NCBI GenBank assembly: GCA_002269645.1
Contig: NIVC01001135.1
Span: 124,001 to 188,000, forward strand
Length of the DNA stretch: 64,000 nucleotides
Source: Macrostomum lignano
Lineage: Eukaryota
Direction: 5' to 3'
A model generated the notes under the pieces. The model had not been told where the DNA came from. It was given only the letters and a program-made list of their open reading frames with translations, and searched no databases. Shown here in pieces: positions 38,361 to 50,700 of the stretch (position 1 is its first letter; each line of letters begins with the position of its first letter). The position numbers and the translations under genes are program-made.

Positions 38361-38971
38361 CCTTCTCCTTTCCACTCTCATCTGGCCCGCACATAAGCTG
38401 GATTCTTTATCTGGCTTTTGAAGTAAAAATCTGCCCATTCCTGCTTGGAAAGCCAGTTTGTGGGACATAGTACTCTCATGGCTGTTTTCATGCTTTGATC
38501 ATGTCATCTTTCTTGCCAATTTGCAGTCTTGAAAGGAATCTGTGTATCTTCAGCTCCACTGCAGTCTGCATCAGTCTAACAATCAAGGAAATACGCATTT
38601 CTTAGGAGGACATTTAAAATTTAAAGTACTTTTAAGAGAAACTTAAAATTTCCATGGTGTGCCTAATTTATTAGGGTTGTATTGCATTGCATCGCCTTTT
38701 CATAAATCTTTCACTTTTACGAACCATGCCAGATTGCCTTGATTTGCCAATTGCCATCCTCTGTTAAACTGCTGCAGAGTTTGCCAATATAGAAGTGAGG
38801 GCAGTGGTTAGAATTTCTCACTAAACTGTTGTGGCTAAACGTAGCCTCCACGGGGGTGCAAAGAAGGATATAAAGAAAGCTATTCCAAAACACTGTACAT
38901 TTGCTATGTACATTGAGTCCCATTGCCTGACCCTTGGTCTGGCTCTGGGGGAATGAGTGAGTGAGTGGCAC

Positions 38972-39598
38972 AAACAACAGAAAAAGCAGACAAACTTCAC
39001 ATGCTTACAGTTTCTGTTCTGATTGGGTTACAGAGTTGAAACTTTACATGTAAGCAGAGAATGAGTCAATGAAAAATTGTGTCAAGTTTGAAGTCAATCG
39101 CTTTACGTGAAGCAAACTTATGGCAGCTGAAAGTTAGTCAATTTTGAAACCCCTTTTACACATCTAGGCCCAGTTCAAGAAAGAGAGGCAGGCGGGCAGA
39201 GGTTGGGGTGGTTGCTACGCTGAAAAAAACAGCCTAACTTAGAAAGTGCACAGCGCCGTTCAGAATTGACTTTGAGACTCAAAATTTTACATGATCGTGC
39301 CAAAATAGTTGAAGATTGTCTGTGTCAAATTTGAAGAGAATCGGTAGAAGTAGAGCGGCGCTATGGAGGATTTAGTGAAAAAATCGCGCATTTTGAGCAG
39401 TTTTTTGTACTTTTAGGTAGGAAGACTCAAATTTAGGAAATTAAAAGGTAGCCTAAGACATTCTCTGTAGTAAGTTTAGGGTGGGTGTAAAGTTTGGTGT
39501 CATTTGGTTGAGCGGTTTGGGAGTCCATAGCGAAGTAATTTGTCCACAGACAGACAGACAGACAGACAGACAGAGTTTTGATTTTTATATGTATAGAT
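38972..39598 (+). mobile_element. Non-autonomous Helitron/Helentron-like element (Lep1/DINE style)
   Basis: Recurrent caaatttgaag..aatcgg blocks, ggttgagcggtttggga, a short (GACA)n near the 3' end, and terminus atatgtatagat resemble the recalled Lep1/DINE layout. Left boundary is approximate. Confidence 0.55.
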
Positions 39599-41749
39599 TC
39601 TTTTGAGCATTTGAGTTCCTATCTCTCTAGAGCCTAGGTATTCTATTTAGAAGAATTTGAAACAAAATTAATAATTAGCTTCAAGGGTAATGCTTATTCT
39701 CATGTTACCTTTTGAGTAATTGATACTTATATAAGAATAGGCCTAACCCTAAAGAGAAAAAACTATTTAGAATTAAGATATTTACTTTAGAATCTAGTAA
39801 ATTGCTTAAAGGGCAGAATTTCTACCAAAGGGCCACACTCTGGATCATGTAGTATATGCCAAAAAATTTGGGTATTCATTGGCCTTGCATACCAAAAGTT
39901 GGCATACATAGTTGATGTGTAGGACTCCCAAGAAAAAAGTATGCATATACACCTTATGTACATTAGATAGAATCAAGCAAAAAGAGTTAGTGTTACTTGT
40001 AAATAGAAAAAAATCATTTAAAAAAGTTTGCTTTTATCCAGGAATATATATTTAAAAATAAGAATACTCATACAATAGTGTTTTGCATTGCTATAAAATA
40101 ATTTCACTAGGTCTACTTTTACCTGAGATAAATCTTAGAACATTAACTTATTTATGTACTTTGCTTTACAAGCATTGCTATTTTATGTTGATTAATAATT
40201 ATCAATATTATACTTATATGATTGTAATCTTATCTTAAAAGCTAATCTATAGAAATTTGCTCTAAGTATCCATAAAATAATCTAAATATATTAAATCTCT
40301 AATATTTGTATGCTTGTCCATAATGCTCTAGAGCTTGCAATTCTTCACCAATTTTGATGGCGTTTTTGCCAAAAGATAATTTAATAAATTCATAGAAAGA
40401 ATATCTAGATAAATATTTATAAATAGACAAAATGCTTGGTTAGGTCTATAGTGGCTTATAATATACCTTACTAGAAAAGTTGTTAACATTTAAGTTTGGC
40501 AAATAAGCTTACTTATATATCTTTTGGCAGACAACAATAAACAATGCAACAAAAAGCTATGTATATACAATACCTCATTAACCTGGCTAATTGCTATTCT
40601 AGCTAAATTAAAGGCTACTAGCTAAGGTAAATTTTAAATTTGATTATTCCAAAAGTTGAAAGGCAATAAAGATGACAGAGAACCAATGCAAGAAAGATAA
40701 AAGAGAAAGAAAAAAATTAAAAAAAAGATAATAGAAAAAGAGAAAAACCTAAAATTGACTTTTAAAATGAACTAAAGTTGCATAGCAAGTCTAAACTATA
40801 GAATTTGCATATGTATAGATAGGCATATACATGTAGGCATATGATATTTTCATGAGTGATTTAACCAAATACAATTTGTTATGTGGCTAAGATAAAATTG
40901 TTTTGAGACTAGAGACATGGCAGCCATATTATACTAGCTTGTATCAAATATTGTAAAAGAGTAATTATGTTATGAAATAAAATTAAGAGTGAGGAACAAT
41001 AGGATGGAATTATATTACTCAAATTATATTAAAGAAACTTCTATTTGTAAGCTAGGCTTATCTAAAAAGTAAAAGATGTAAACAAATTATTAAAAAAGTT
41101 AATTTTGATTTAAGACCTTTATTTTTTATCAACTATAATGATAAATTGTCAATTTGTATTGTGAGTTGCCAAATTTTAACTTACTAGATCAGTCAGCAGT
41201 TGTATAAATATATGCCTCACTTTTATAGCCCCTAAGAGATCAATACTATTAGGTCAAATATAAATTTCTCAAATACAAAAAATGGCTTGCTTTTACTAAT
41301 AAAGTAAATAGATTTAAAACTTACTAAACTATTGCTCTATTTAGTTAAATGTAATGTCAAAAGTTCACATTTATACTTTATTTTAAAAAGACAATATTTA
41401 GCTACAAAAGTTTTTGTAGGGAGTATTGCAAAAAGTGATTCTATTCATATCTTTTGTATTCATGTTGAGGCATGGGTTTATTGCACTTAAATTTGGAGCG
41501 CGAGCTTCAAGTTATTGATGGCCTGATAGCTAGTCTAAATATTTCGCAGGTAAGCATTCCAATTGTATGGATTATACAACTATAGATTTTTCTAGGGGAC
41601 AGGATTTTTGTGAGCATAAAAACCAATAAATACGACTTGTCAGCTCAGCTTGTTAAAGAGAGTAGATTTTAGTCGATAAAAAAGGTCCCGACTGCAATGG
41701 TTAAAGTTTCTGACTGATTCTCCTGTCTCGCAACTCGACCAGTCTGCAA

Positions 41750-42547
41750 TCAGAACACCTGCTGGCACTCGCAGATGAAAGCTATGGTCGAATCGCAAGC
41801 AAAGTCGTCAATTCCATTTGTAAACCCGCTAAACAGAGCCGTGCAGGCCTGGTCTGGGAATCCATTGTCCGGCTGTCCTTTGCCTTTGTCCCACACGTGC
41901 TGGCTGATTGACAGGTTGCAGTCTGCCCAACGCCAGCCGTCAAGTTTTATGGTGTTGGCCGAAGCCTGACTGCCGCCCAGGTAGTAGTCCAATGCCCCCA
42001 TCTCAGGAGTTGTCAGGCTTAGATTTGTCAGTCGCATTAGATAGGCCGCTTCGTCAGTATCGATTGCGTCAGCCAACTTGGTTAAGCCCGGATCTAAATT
42101 GCAATGCAGATGAGCATTCGCCCAGGTGGCTGGCGATTTGCTCACCAGCTTGTAGGCGGTGCCGTGCAGAGTGTGCTCGTATCCGGGCGGACACAGGCGA
42201 CCCGGAGGTAGGCCGGGTAGAGACCTCACATACACAGTCACCTGACGAGTGCAGCTCGGCACAGACTGCACCCGGTGACTGCACGCATCGAACAGGAACA
42301 GCTTGCACTGACAGGCGCTATCAGTCAGCAGTCGGAAGGCCTGACACTTGCTCTTCCTAGCGCAGGCGATGCTGCACTCTAGCGGAGTGCACAGACCCGG
42401 CACAGTCTGGGTGAAGCTGGCGTTCACGCAGTCCAGTCCAACAGTTTGATGGAATGCCTTCCTGTGCTGCTCGCTGCAGGACTCCGAAAGATTCACCGCA
42501 GTGCTTAGCAGGTGCAGCAGAATCGTTCTGATGATGAAGAGCGACAT
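41750..42547 (-). CDS. Secreted PAN/Apple-like + C-type lectin domain protein, single exon, 265 aa
   Basis: Signal peptide from ATG 42547; PAN-like ECSIACARKSKCQAF...CQC; CTLD CPPGY...TWANAHLHC...YYLGG...WRWAD...W...QPDN...C...DDFAC...FICE. Confidence 0.88.
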   Translation of the reverse strand: MSLFIIRTILLHLLSTAVNLSESCSEQHRKAFHQTVGLDCVNASFTQTVPGLCTPLECSIACARKSKCQAFRLLTDSACQCKLFLFDACSHRVQSVPSCTRQVTVYVRSLPGLPPGRLCPPGYEHTLHGTAYKLVSKSPATWANAHLHCNLDPGLTKLADAIDTDEAAYLMRLTNLSLTTPEMGALDYYLGGSQASANTIKLDGWRWADCNLSISQHVWDKGKGQPDNGFPDQACTALFSGFTNGIDDFACDSTIAFICECQQVF

Positions 42548-43436
42548 TTTAGTCTGCAAAGGCGCAACAATTTATCGGAGGCTGTGTGACTCTGTCTCGG
42601 CTTTTATTGACTGATGAATTTTACTCGATTTTTCCTGTAAAACTGAGTCAATACTTGACCGATGCAAAGCCTTCCACCAGCTATTGTCCCATTGTCGTCC
42701 AACTTGGTAATCATCTAACAATGAATTTTTCCATTAGCTAGCGCTTCTTTCATCGCAAACACAATAGACATGGCCTGTCGTCATTCTGCTTTTTATTAAA
42801 AATTTTCCTCCGTCTATCAATGAATGGCGATCCGTGACCGAATCCTGTCTAAAAATTGCAATAAAATGTTGGATTATTTGCCAATCAACTTTTCAGTGCA
42901 ACTGCTAGCTCGCTCAGATAATTGACCAGAGACAAATAGTCTGACACTGGCATTGTCTGTCTCCCTACTGTCTGTATTTGAATTGGATCTTGCCAATGAT
43001 TGGCAGAGTCTGTTTAGAAGATTTTCCCTGTTCATGGAAAAAATATGGCTGTCCTACTGACATCAATCAACAGGAGAAAATCTTGACTTTCGCTGCAGCA
43101 ATAGTAGGATCTGCGGCTTGTAATGATAGTTGAGGCTGAGAATTTAGCACAGACTTGGACAAAAAGGGCTGGACGCGCAATCTGGGCCTGGTGAAATGTG
43201 GTGCTGGGGCACTCACAAAACACTTCTATGTAGCAATATTATAATAGTATAGTACCTAATGATAGCGAATCTACAGAACAGGCGTGAGGGCGCGCTAGCC
43301 TTTACTGATACGGTACGGTAGCACAGTCCTGGCAATTCCAAAGGAGGAACACAGAAAAGGCAGCGCTTACCGGTCAAGTCACGTGATTCTCATATATAGT
43401 ATATCTTTTATCTCGGGAAAAATCTCTTACTCGTAT

Positions 43437-43462
43437 GTTCTCTTCGGAGAGAGTCGCACTAG
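43437..43462 (+). mobile_element. Possible Helitron 3' end remnant
   Basis: Hairpin TCTC-TTCG-GAGA followed after a short spacer by CTAG|T. Confidence 0.3.
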
Positions 43463-44302
43463 TTCTCTTAATTTCTATATAACTCAACTTGACTTTTCAA
43501 GCTAAAATTGGGCGAAAACCAGAGACGACTCAAACCTCGCAGAGTCGGCCAACATGTACCCAAAAAGAGAGCATAAAAGACAAAAAACACAACCAATCAG
43601 CGTGGCCCGCAGGGCAGAGCTGACCAGCCAGGGAAGGGCATAGCCAATCAAAGCACACAAAGGGGTGGGGCCTAAAGCCTCCCGCCAGAGGACACGGCCC
43701 CCAACCCCCCAACCAGTCGGTACTGGTCTGGAGCAGCCGGCCCCGACAAACAAACAAAACAAGCAGTGCGCCTGCACTACAAAAGAACTGTTTTCCCAAA
43801 CCATAAAATTAACTGTTTAAGTCTCTGGTACATTGCTGCATAAATGGCATTGCTGGCATCACATTCAAAGGCAACAAAAAGATCTTCGGATCTGTAGTAG
43901 TGATTCAAAGGATACAAATTACAAACGGTTGCTACACAATTTGACACATCAATTTTAATCTTTAACAGATCCTTGGAATTTCTTCAGTCAGAGGCTGGCA
44001 AAATTCTGTTTGAAAGGGCAGCGTCAGACATAGCCAGATACTCGTAAAATGAGCGACTTCTGCGAAGCCGACATGAAAGACCAAAGGGTCCAAAGCCAAG
44101 CGACATGTTTTATATAATAATGGATCACAAGTGTACCTCCATTAAGTTTGTTAGTTTGCAACCAGCAATCTGTTAGGCCCATTCCGTTCGTACTTCTGAG
44201 CCACGTGGCTTCTGAGGGTGTACAGCAGCTCTGACTTTCTTTTCGTTGGGCATGCACGCTGTCTTTAGATAGCTAGCTCGTAGATGGATGGATACGAGCT
44301 TG

Positions 44303-44716
<414 letters not shown>

Positions 44717-44760
44717 TAGTTACGTGCGTATTGCTCACTATCTTCATTTCTCTCTCTCAG

Positions 44761-47700
44761 ACAGACGAATTCGACCGGCGGCTGCTGCAGCTGATCGGTT
44801 CCGAAGTTGCCTCCCCGCTGCGACTCCTGCTGGCCAGCGCGCTGCGAGAAGCCGTCGCTGACGCCGACGTCGCCACGGCTGCCGCTGTTCAAGTCCGCCT
44901 GCTGTGCTGGGCAGCCGACTGCGCGACCGTCTTTCAGGTGCCTGATTGACAGCTTATGCAGAGTGTGGTAAACTATCTAAACTAGCCATACAAGCTTTTC
45001 ACGCCACATTCTATACTTTCTACTTATCAGTAGACGAACTCTGACAGTGAGAAAATCTGTCGAAAAGCGTAGAAATTCTGACTGTTCTTTGAAAATCATT
45101 GACTGACTGACTGAGCCCTTCCCCGTGGCCGCTATTGCAGTTCCTCTCCGTGCTGCCGGCCACTCGTCGCCGTGTCCGATTCCGCGAGCTGCTGCAGTTC
45201 TGCTTGGACCGGGACGAATCACTGCCGGCCCTGCGCCTGCTGGACGGCCTCTGGCGCCTGGCTGCGCCGGCTCCTACCGCTAAGGAGGCCAAGGATTCGG
45301 CGACTAAAGTTGCCGATCTGGTTGTCGGGCCGCTGGCTTTGGAAGCGGCGCTACGCTTCGGCGGCGCTCTGCCCGCCCGTTGGGGCCGACCTGCTCAAGA
45401 GGCGGTCGTGCGCGCTCACCTGCTCGTGTTTGCTCGGCTTCCCGCCTCGATATCCGCTCCTAAATCCGCCCCTTCATCCGCCCCTGCGCCTGGCCTACTC
45501 GGCGTCTACCAAACCGCCCAGCGTCTCCTCGGCTCGCCGCCGCCTCCGAAGCCGCTGGCCTCCGCCCTGTCTGGCGACATTTTAAACTTCCTGATTCGCC
45601 AGTTCCTGCACCTCACCGACGGCGAGGAGGCCGACCCGGCTGCCTGGATCGAGGCCGCGTTGTCCTCGGCTGACCTCGCCGAGCTCCTGCCGCTGGCCGA
45701 GGCCGTTGCCGGCCTTCAGCCGCTGCTGTCGACGTCCTCGACGTCGCCTGAGCTTGTCGACCGACTCCGTGTGCTGTGCGCTGAGCTGTTGGCGCCGCTG
45801 CTGGACGCTGGCGGCGCGGCGCTTCGGCCCTGCCTGCCAACCGGCGGTCAGGCCGGCCTGCTCACCTGGCTGCTGGCCAAGCGGCCCGGTCTGGCTGCCG
45901 ATGTGCTCGCCGACTGCCTGCTGGCTGCTGGCGGCGGTGGCGGAGGAAGTCGCGACGATGAACTGCTGGAGAATCTCTAGTGAGATTTATTGGCTGGGTG
46001 ACATGGGCGCTTTTCTAATTTGGGCTTGGGTCTCTGAGACTCTTTAGTAGGGATTCGAAATCTTTGTTATTCAGCCAAGCTTAAACATCATCGGTTAGAG
46101 ATATTTAGAATCCTGGATTGGGGTTCTGTGGGTTCCATTAGGTATATGGATTTGTATGATCCCAGCAGGATTAGGGATCTGTATGATCCCATTCCCAGTA
46201 GGATTAAGGATCTGTATGATCCTAGCAGGATTAGGGATCTGTATGATCTCAGCAGGATTAGGAATCTGTATGATCCCAGCAGGATTAGGGATTTGTATGA
46301 TCCCATTCCCAGTAGGATTAAGGATCTGTATGATCCCAGTAGGATTCGGGATCTGTACGATCCCAGTAGGATTAAGGATATGTATGATCCCAGTAGGATT
46401 CGGGATCTGTACGATCCCAGTAGGATTAGGGATCTGTATGATTCCAGTAGGATTCGGGATCTGTATGATCCCAGTAGGATTAGGGATCTGTATGATCCCA
46501 TTCCCAGTAGGATTAAGGATCTGTATGATCCCAGTAGGATTCGGGATCTGTACGATCCCAGTAGGATTAAGGATATGTATGATCCCAGTAGGATTCGGGA
46601 TCTGTACGATCCCAGTAGGATTAGGGATCTGTATGATTCCAGTAGGATTAGGGATCTGTATGATCCCAGTAGGATTAGGGATCTGTATGATTCCAGTAGG
46701 ATTCGGGATCTGTATGATCCCAGTAGGATTAGGGATCTGTATGATTCCAGTAGGATTCGGGATCTGTATGATCCCAGTAGGATTAGGGATCTGTATGATC
46801 CTAGTAGGATTAGGGATCTGTATGATCCCAGTAGGATTAGGGATCTGTATGATCCCAGTAGGATTAGGGATCTGTACGATCCCAGCAGGATTAGGGATCT
46901 GTATGATCCCAGTAGGATTAGGGATCTGTATGATTCCAGTAGGATTCGGGATCTGTATGATCCCAGTAGGATTAGGGATCTGTATGATTCCAGTAGGATT
47001 CGGGATCTGTATGATCCCAGTAGGATTAGGGATCTGTATGATCCCATTCCCAGTAGGATTAAGGATCTGTATGATCCCAGTAGGATTCGGGATCTGTATG
47101 ATCCCAGTAGGATTAGGGATCTGTATGATCCCAGTAGGATTAGGGATCTGTATGATCCCAGTAGGATTAGGGATCTGTATGATCCCAGTAGGATTCGGGA
47201 TCTGTATGATCCCAGTAGGATTCGGGATCTGTATGATCCCAGTAGGATTAGGGATCTGTATGATTCCAGTAGGATTCGGGATCTGTATGATCCCAGTAGG
47301 ATTAGGGATCTGTATGATTCCAGTAGGATTCGGGATCTGTATGATCCCAGCGGGATTAGGGATCTGTCCTAAATATGAGTCTTAGAGATCTCAAGCCACA
47401 GGGATCATACAGATCCCTAATCCTACGGTGCCTAGAATTTTAGAATCTTAGAAAGTCGAAACTCGAATATCTGCAAAAATTTTAACGACACCCAACTTCA
47501 CCCCTTCCCTTCGCAGTCTGATTCGCCAGCTGTCAGCCAGCCTGTCCCATCTGGACTTACCTGCTCTGTGCCGCCGCCTACACGACGCGGGCTGCCTCGG
47601 CCGCCTGTGCGACATTCTGCCGCGTCTACGTCGAAACGCCGATCTGCTGTCCTCGTCGCGCCGGTCTCGTGAGCTGGCCAACGCCTGGACAGAGCTGTAC

Positions 47701-50700
47701 TGCCGCCTGGTCACAGGCATGCCACCCGACCTGGCCGCCGAGCAGCCGCCGGGCCTGCACGCCTCCGCCCTGGCTGCCGAGCGGATCGAGTCCGGCCTGG
47801 TCCGCCTGGCCAACCGGGTCACCGCCGAGGCCGGGCCCGGCGCCATCGACGACCCGCTGCTGCCAGCCCTGCTGCTGGCTGCCCCGGCTGACACCCTGGC
47901 TAAGCTGATTGGCTGCTGCGCCCAGCTGACTGGCAGGCGGTCGACTGACGCAGTTGTGCAGGTGAGAATTGGGGGTATTTGACTGACTTACCTGTAGTTT
48001 TATTGTTGATAACTTCATTTGAAGCTTCGTGATTCGAATTTATAAAGCTCCAAGTTTGTAAGGCTTCCAGCTGGTAAATCTCCAAGCTGGTAAATTATCG
48101 GGCAGGTAAAGCTTCCAGCTGGTAAATCTCCGAGCTGGTAAATCACCGAGCTGGTAAATCATCGGGCAGGTAAAGCTTCCAGCTGGTAAATCATCGGGCA
48201 GGTAAAGCTTCCAGCTGGTAAATCTCTGAGCTGGTAAATCTCCGAGCTGATAAAGCTTCGAGCTGGTAAAGCTTCGAGCTGGTAAAGCTTTGAGCCGGTA
48301 AAACTTTGAGCCGGTAAAGCTTCTAGCTGGTAAAGCTTCGAGCTGGTAAAGCTTCGAGCTGGTAAAGCTTCGAGCTGGTAAAGCTTCGAACTGGTAAAGC
48401 TTCGAGCTGGTAAAGCTTCGAGCTGGTAAATCTTAGAGCTGGTAAAGCTTCGAGCTGGTAAAGCTTTGAGCCGGTAAAGCTTCGAGCTGGTAAAGCTTCG
48501 AGCTGGTAAATCTTCGAGCTGGTAAATCTTCGTCCTTCGAGCTGGTAATTGGTAAAGATTCCAGCTGGTAAAGCACATCTGGCTTTTATTATAAATTATT
48601 TCATCAAATCCGCAGGCCATCCTCTCCCATCCGCTCGTGGCCGCCGCCCTGTCGGCCAATCCGGGCCTGCTGGCCGACTCCGCTGCCCGGTCGCTGTCCA
48701 ACGCCGCCGACGACCCGGTCGCTCAGGCCAGCATTGTGGCCTCGTTGAACTGTCGACCGGCCGGCTCCGAGTCTGCCGATGCGTCTCAGATGCTGCTGCT
48801 GCCGCAGATTCTGGCCGCAGCCGCAGCCCAGTCTGTCCGGCTTGGCGCCAAATTCTGGTTGGAGCTGATGCGACTCGTGCCGGATGAGGCTGCGCGTTGG
48901 TAAGCCACTGCTGGGGACGAGGGAAGGCCCGGAGCCATGGGAGATACAGTAATGACCAAAATGGGTTGGCTGTGACTGCGGTTGAAGAGAGACTTTGGGA
49001 AGCGAATAAAGGTGAACTGAGGTTAATGAGAGTTGAGCAGAGGGGATTGAGGTGTAACCGGGGGGGGGAAATGAGAGCTGAGCAGAGGGCAGATAGGAAT
49101 GAGGGTCGGGCAGAGGGGAATGAGGGTCGGGCAGAGGGGGAATGAGGGTCGGGCAGAGGGGGAATGAGGATCGGGCAGAGGGGAATGAGGGTCGGGCAGA
49201 GGGGAATGAGGGTCGGGCAGAGGGGAATGAGAGTTGAGTAGAAGGGAATGAATCGCAAGATCAGATGTCACAATTAGGATTAAGGGGCAGGTATATAAAA
49301 GGCCAAGCCGATATGTAGCGTGGCAGACTATGAGTTTCCTATTCCCACTAATTCGCTAACTCCTCACCTTTCCCCTAATTAACGCAGCCTTGAAGGCCTC
49401 AGCGCCGCAGATCTGGCAGCCGCTCTGCTTCTAGTCTTCGGTGCCACCTGCGCGGCCAGTCAGCAGCTGCCCGACACACCGGAAGTGGACTCGGCGATTT
49501 CCGGTCTGGCCGAGGGTCTAGCGGCTTCCACTGACGCTGCCGCGCCCTCGACTGGCCTGGCCGCGTTAGAGGCCTGCGGCCGCCTGGCTGCTGGCCGACT
49601 GTCCGACCGAGTCCGCCTGGTTGCCCTCTGCGGCCCTCTGCTAAGGGCTAACGGCCGGGTTGGTACCGGGTTCGAATTCCTAGGAGCCGAGCTGGCAGCG
49701 TTGACAAACGAATCTGCTGCGATCTGCGTCCTCTTCATCGTTGGTTGCTATGGCGGGGAGGCTGGGTTCGCCTATCTGACCGCCAACGCTGCCATCGGTG
49801 GCTCGTTGGTGCCGCGGCTGACGAAACCGCTGGATGCCGCCGCGGGTTTGGTCTGCTTGAGTCTGGTGAGTCTCGGCTTTCAGTTTAGATTGTGTTCTTG
49901 GCGCCAGCCCTGATAGCTCAGGTGTGTTCATGGCGCCAGCCCTGATGGGTCAGGTGTGTTCATGGCGCCAGCCCTGATAGCTCGGGTGTGTTCATGGCGC
50001 CAACCTTGATGGGTCAGGTGTGTTCATGGCGCCAACCCTGATAGCTCAGGTGTGTTCATGGCGCCAGCCCTGATAGCTCAGGTGTGCTTTAGCGCCAACC
50101 TTGATGGGTCAGGTGTGTTCATGGCGCCAGCCTTGATGGGTCAGGTGTGTTCATGGCGCCAACCCTGATAGCTCAGGTGTGTTCATGGCGCCAACCCTGA
50201 TAGCTCAGGTGTGTTCATGGCGCCAACCCTAATAGCTCAGGTGTGTTCATGGCGCCAACCCTAATAGCTCAGGTGTGTTCATGGCGCCAGCCCTGATAGC
50301 TCAGGTGTGCTTTAGCGCCAACCTTGATGGGTCAGGTGTGTTCATGGCGCCAGCCTTGATGGGTCAGGTGTGTTCATGGCGCCAACCCTGATAGCTCAGG
50401 TGTGTTCATGGCGCCAACCCTGATAGCTCAGGTGTGTTCATGGCGCCAACCCTAATAGCTCAGGTGTGTTCATGGCGCCAACCCTAATAGCTCAGGTGTG
50501 TTCATGGCGCCAACCCTGATAGCTCAGGTGTGTTCATGGCGCCAGCCCTGATAGCTCAGGTGTGCTTTAGCGCCAACCTTGATGGGTCAGGTGTGTTCAT
50601 GGCGCCAGCCTTGATGGGTCAGGTGTGTTCATGGCGCCAACCCTGATAGCTCAGGTGTGTTCATGGCGCCAACCCTGATAGCTCAGGTGTGTTCATGGCG

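Noticed and set aside
43500-43805. GC-rich block with two CCAAT boxes as a solo LTR
   Set aside because: No TG...CA ends, TSD or second copy; it could simply be the promoter of the downstream gene.
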